A stretch of DNA of 64,000 nucleotides, from the NCBI GenBank assembly GCA_964016885.1, contig OZ024749.1, positions 2,170,001-2,234,000 on the forward strand, given 5' to 3'. Source of the DNA: Eledone cirrhosa (lineage: Eukaryota). Below, in pieces: positions 57,639 through 64,000 of this stretch (its first letter is position 1; every line of letters starts with the position of its first letter). Under the pieces are notes generated by a model. The model saw only the letters and a list, made by a program, of their open reading frames with translations. It ran no database searches and was not told the origin of the DNA. A program made the position numbers and the translations under genes.

Positions 57639-58062
57639 GTTGTTGGATGCTTAAAATGTCTGTGTGCGGTAGGCCGTATGAGCACTCGATGCTCTCATAG
57701 AGCAGAGTATGATATCACATAAAAAAGAGAATCTGTGTTGCGACGAATGGAATTTATTGGACATATTACAATCGTTTTTCTGGTGACCAGCTAGAGGCAC
57801 GCTCGATGTGATGATCGAACCTGACTCTGAAAATCGCAAGATCCGCAGATACGTCTTGATTCTACGAAGCAGATTTTCCTAATATTAGGAAATTAGGAAA
57901 AAACTTCGTAGAATCAAGACTTATCTGAGGACCTTGCGATTTTCAGAGTCAGGTTCGATCATCACATCGAGCGTGCCTCTAACTGGTCACCAGAAAAACG
58001 ATTGTAATATGTCCAATAAATTCCATTCGTCGCAACACAGATTCTCTTTTTTTCTGTGATAT
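57636..58062. mobile_element. Fold-back element (arms 57712-57869 / 57904-58062) with one-sided tail and degenerate HHR
   Basis: Near-perfect inverted arms; GAC(G/T)TAT CTGAGGA...AAAA CGATTG TA ATATGTC. Confidence 0.7.
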
Positions 58063-58079
58063 ATATATATATAAATGTA

Positions 58080-58138
<59 letters not shown>

Positions 58139-58158
58139 GTATATATATATATATATAA

Positions 58159-58289
<131 letters not shown>

Positions 58290-58333
58290 AATACTGTTGG
58301 GTTCTTGATCACAATAATTTCTATATTTTCATT

Positions 58334-58411
<78 letters not shown>

Positions 58412-58456
58412 TGGAAAAAAGGAAATTTCATTTCTCACTATTAATACGGCTGATAC

Positions 58457-58492
<36 letters not shown>

Positions 58493-58530
58493 GAATGTAT
58501 ATATATATATATATATAAACATACATATAA

Positions 58531-58587
<57 letters not shown>

Positions 58588-58593
<6 letters not shown>

Positions 58594-58719
58594 GGCCAAC
58601 ATAGATACAGGTCATCATCTTTTATTTCCTCTCTCACTCTCTCTCTCTATATATATATATATAGAGAGAGAGAGTGAGAGAGGAAATAAAAGATGATGAC
58701 CTGTATCTATGTTGGCCTA

Positions 58720-58721
<2 letters not shown>
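58588..58721. repeat. Perfect palindrome centred on a (TA)n run
   Basis: ATAGGCCAACATAGATACAGGTCATCATC... / ...GATGATGACCTGTATCTATGTTGGCCTAT. Confidence 0.9.
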
Positions 58722-58751
<30 letters not shown>

Positions 58752-59009
58752 CACTGAGTTACATATCTATCTCCCCACCCACCCGTGCCATTCCTCATTT
58801 ATCTATCTCCTCTCTTCTATATATATATACGATAGTATATAGAATGAGAAGGATATAGATTGATGTAAAGATGTTTACAACTTTGTTTAGAATTTTATAC
58901 TCTATAGACTGTATATACACTCACATATGTATATACACAAACCTTTATCTCTCTATCTACCTATATACCTCTTTATTGATTTTGTATCACCCCTCTCTCT
59001 CACTCTCCG

Positions 59010-59053
<44 letters not shown>

Positions 59054-60955
59054 GTGGGGGTGGGGGTGTACGTCTTCGTGTGTGTGGATGTGCTTGTGTG
59101 TGTAGGTGTGCGTGTCTGTGTGTCTTATACATGAACAGCTACTCCGCCGATGTTTTCAATGATAACAACCCCTCTAGCCATACACATCAATCTGGGACAG
59201 TCATAATCAATTTTCCTCAGAGAAGAAGAAGAAGAAGAAGAAAAAGAGAGAGGAAACAAACCTAGACGTCATAACTACTTTTATTTCTGTATGAAGGAAT
59301 TTATTTTCCATTCACGAACAAAGAATCTCTATAGGGAGTTTATATTGTAAATAAGGCAACTGCTGCCATCTTGCGGCACGTTTAGGAAGTAAGTAATGTA
59401 GGAATAGAGAAAAGTGTGATGTAGCATCCCGTTTGGAAATCATTACAAGAAAGCGATGAAAGCAAACAGGAATAATTTGCCAAGTGCTCGGGCACTTATT
59501 CTGTCGTTTGACTTCTTCCGTTGGAAAATATCACACTGCCTCAATAGCAGCAACATTAGTAGTGTTGCTTTACTGGTTGCTGGTCTCTAAGGATGTTTTA
59601 ACGCTGACAATAATGGAGAGATTTATCGACGCAAAGAAAGAAAAAGCATAAAAAGTTAACAACAAAAATGCAACAACAATGAACAGACGAAAGATGAAGA
59701 TGATGGGAAATCACCGGAAAAACGAAAGATTCCATGTTGCCTGAAGCAGCCGCTTCATAATAGAATTATTGCATTGATAGTAAGGTTTTTCTCCTCCTAA
59801 ATTCATTAGATTAATAGTAGTAAAATAATAGCTATGCTGAGTTAAAAAGAAGCCCAATTACCACAAGACATACACTAAAATGAACCTCCCTCCCCACCTC
59901 CGACGAACAAACAAAATAAAAATAAAAATAAAATCGCCATTGTCGATATATACACTTGAGAAAAAAAACGAAGATAAGTCAGCAATTCTTTACTAGTTGC
60001 AGCTTGACTTAATATTATCTTAGAATGGTTCGTGGTACAGGATAGTTTATTTTCGATAAAAGGGTGGAGAGGAAGTCACAGGGAAAAATAAATCGATGGA
60101 AAAAATGCGAAGTTGTAATATTCAATGAGAAATATATTGGTCACAGTTCTAATGTATGGACTCGTAGCTGGTGAGTGTTAGGAGCGCCATATTGTAATAG
60201 GGCCTCTCCTGTGTATTTTGAAACTAGGCGGAGCCCATCTCCTCCCCAAGTCAGAATACAGCAGATTTCTTCCAGAGAATGATAGAGAGGGAGAAAGGAA
60301 GTGAGAAAGAGATATAGAGGAACAAAATCGACCCTCTTCGACCTTGAAATGATGAAAAGCTAAGATAACCTCGTCGGGATTTGAACTTAGCGAAGGACGC
60401 GTTCCGCACTTGTCCGACAGACAACCTTTTCCCCCACCCCGGAAAAAAACCCCAGTTGATGGATGTGAATCCGAAATACATAGGGACTATTAAATCTCTC
60501 CCAAGGTAATTCTCTCTTGTGTTGTTATTTTTATTTTATCCTTTATACTCTTCTCTTCATTCTACACATCTCACACATCTTATACACACCACGCATCTCA
60601 ACGTACACCCACTTACATCTCTCTCTCCACCACCGCACCTTGTTACCCGGAGATTTACCCATTTGCATTGTCGAGGCTTCCAGACGACTTAAAGATATTT
60701 ACATATATATATATATATTACATATATACATATATATATATATATATATTACATATATACATATATATTTATATTACATATATACATATATATATATATA
60801 TATATATTACATATATACATATATATATATTACATATATACATATATATATATATATTACACACACATATATATATTATATATATACATATATATATATA
60901 ATATATATATTATATATCTATATACATATATAGATATTATATATATGTATATATA

Positions 60956-62010
60956 TAAATATAAGTATGTATACGTACATACATAGAATGGATACAGACG
61001 TACAGTAGTATGTATATATACATACATATATGCACATATATATATATATATGTACGTATGGGTTTACCGAACATTTATTATAATGTTCGGTTTGTTTGTA
61101 AACAAACAGCCCGATCGGCAACCATCGTGGCCATTTTGTTCAACACTGACAATGGAACAATGACCTAGTTTCTAGCTTATTAGCTGTCATTAGCACTATA
61201 TACCTTCCTGTCAGTCGATTGAACGTCTGAAAGTATATACTTTCCTTATGCATATTAACGACTGAGCAGACTAATTTGCATATCGAGTGAGTTAGTCGGC
61301 CGGGCCTAGCGAAAACGATAAATGGAAACAATGAAATTTCATTTCTCACTCTTAGTACGGCTGATACTTAAATATAAGTATGTATACGTACATACATATA
61401 TGTATACAGACGTACAGTAGTATGTATATACATACATACATGCACATATATATATATATGTACGTATGGGTTTACTGAACATTATATATACGGCACTGAT
61501 GACAGTTAATAAGCTAGAAACTAGAACATCGTTCCTTTTTCAGTGTTGAACAAAAGGGTACGATGGTTCCCGAACACTGTACGGCTTAATTCGGGCTGAT
61601 TGTTTACAATCAAACTGAGCCTTATAATAAATGTTCGGTAAACCCATACGTACATATATATATATGTGTGCATGTATGTATCTATATACATACTACTGTA
61701 CGTCTGCATACATATATGTATGTACGTATACATACTTATATTTAAGTAACAGCCGTACTAAGAGTGAGAAATGAAATTTCGTTTCATTCTTTTCCATTTA
61801 TCGTTTTCGGTGCACCCGGCCAATTAACTCACTCAATATGCAAATTAGGCTGCTCAGCTGTTAATATGCATAAGGAAAGTATATACTTTCAAACGCTCAA
61901 TCATCTGACAGGAAGATATACGATGCTGACGATAGCTAATAAGCTTGAAACTAGTACCTCGTTCCTTTGTCAATGTTGAACAAAAGGGCGACGATGCTTG
62001 CTAAACACTA
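60956..62010. mobile_element. Diverged relative of the 465-bp retrozyme: 1.3 units (minus, 413-bp period) head-to-head with 1.2 units (plus, 430-bp period)
   Basis: Shares GCAGAC(T/C)AATTTGCATA, GTGAGT, ACGATAAA, AAATTTC(A/G)TTTC and GAAACTAG blocks in the same order. HHR cores at 61496 (+), 61926 (+) and ~61155-61200 (-). Confidence 0.8.
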
Positions 62011-62014
62011 ATCT

Positions 62015-63239
<1,225 letters not shown>

Positions 63240-63914
63240 ATACTTTGGGAGGGTCATATATTGGTGCGTTTGTTTTTCATAAAAAAAAACACTTTAGCAA
63301 CGCAACTGACATGAACAGAATATGATAGAAAGTAAAGAGACATTTTATTCTAATCTACACACACACACACACACACACACACCATACACACACATACACA
63401 CACACTCTCTCACACAGACAAACACACACAGACACTCACTCACTCACACAGACACATACACACACACAGAGTCAAAAATAAAACTAGAACAAAAACAAAA
63501 AGAAGCCTGTATTTTTTTTTTTCTATATATCTAATAAAATATTAAAGAAACGAATATAAAAAGGAGAAGAAAAAACCAACTCCTGGTAATAGAACAACAA
63601 GTTGATCTTTGATTTGATAGAATTTCCTAGCTAATAATTCTATCATCTGGTTAACTGATTCCCAGAGAAACATTTAACAATAACAAACAAACAAAAAAAT
63701 AAAGCAAAACAAAAATAAGAAACAAAAGATAAAACACATACAAAATGTTTTAGTCATTAATATTTTGTGTGTTTAGGTTTTTACACTTTGTTAAAGGTAT
63801 ACATTAGAAACGTTCGTTATAATAATTGAGACTACTATAGAATACATCTCTATAGACAGTTTATTGTACCTATTGAAAGCCGGAATAACAAAGTCATATT
63901 AGTATCGGGAAAAA

Positions 63915-63974
<60 letters not shown>

Positions 63975-64000
63975 ATATATATATGTATGTATATATATAT

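Overview
AT-rich, microsatellite-dense eukaryotic DNA with no intact protein-coding gene that I can support. The repeat inventory (tRNA-derived SINEs with a GCCTTTCATCC..GGGGTCGATAAAATAAAGTACCAG core, very long (TA)n tracts) looks like an octopus or other coleoid cephalopod genome, which is an inference. Nearly all ORF-track entries are translations of simple repeats. The main signal is a Penelope-like element (PLE) and hammerhead ribozyme (HHR) system. (1) A 6.0 kb array of about 13 almost identical 465-bp units (39422-45445) carries one complete type I hammerhead per unit on the minus strand, sits in a (TA)n tract and ends in a PLE-style terminal inversion, matching a young non-LTR retrozyme multimer. 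(2) A diverged relative at 60956-62010 keeps the ribozyme and an octamer motif. (3) There are four decayed PLE bodies with GIY-YIG endonuclease sequence, two of them ending in HHR-bearing pseudo-LTRs. (4) Many solo fold-back elements in (TA)n carry HHR or HHR-like cores with palindromic stem III. Also present: a 7.3 kb 54-bp satellite with higher-order structure and a consensus splice donor in nearly every unit, mariner, RTE, Dong/R4 and Tx1-like fragments, SINEs and a 200-N gap. Coordinates were read by eye; element ends are approximate.
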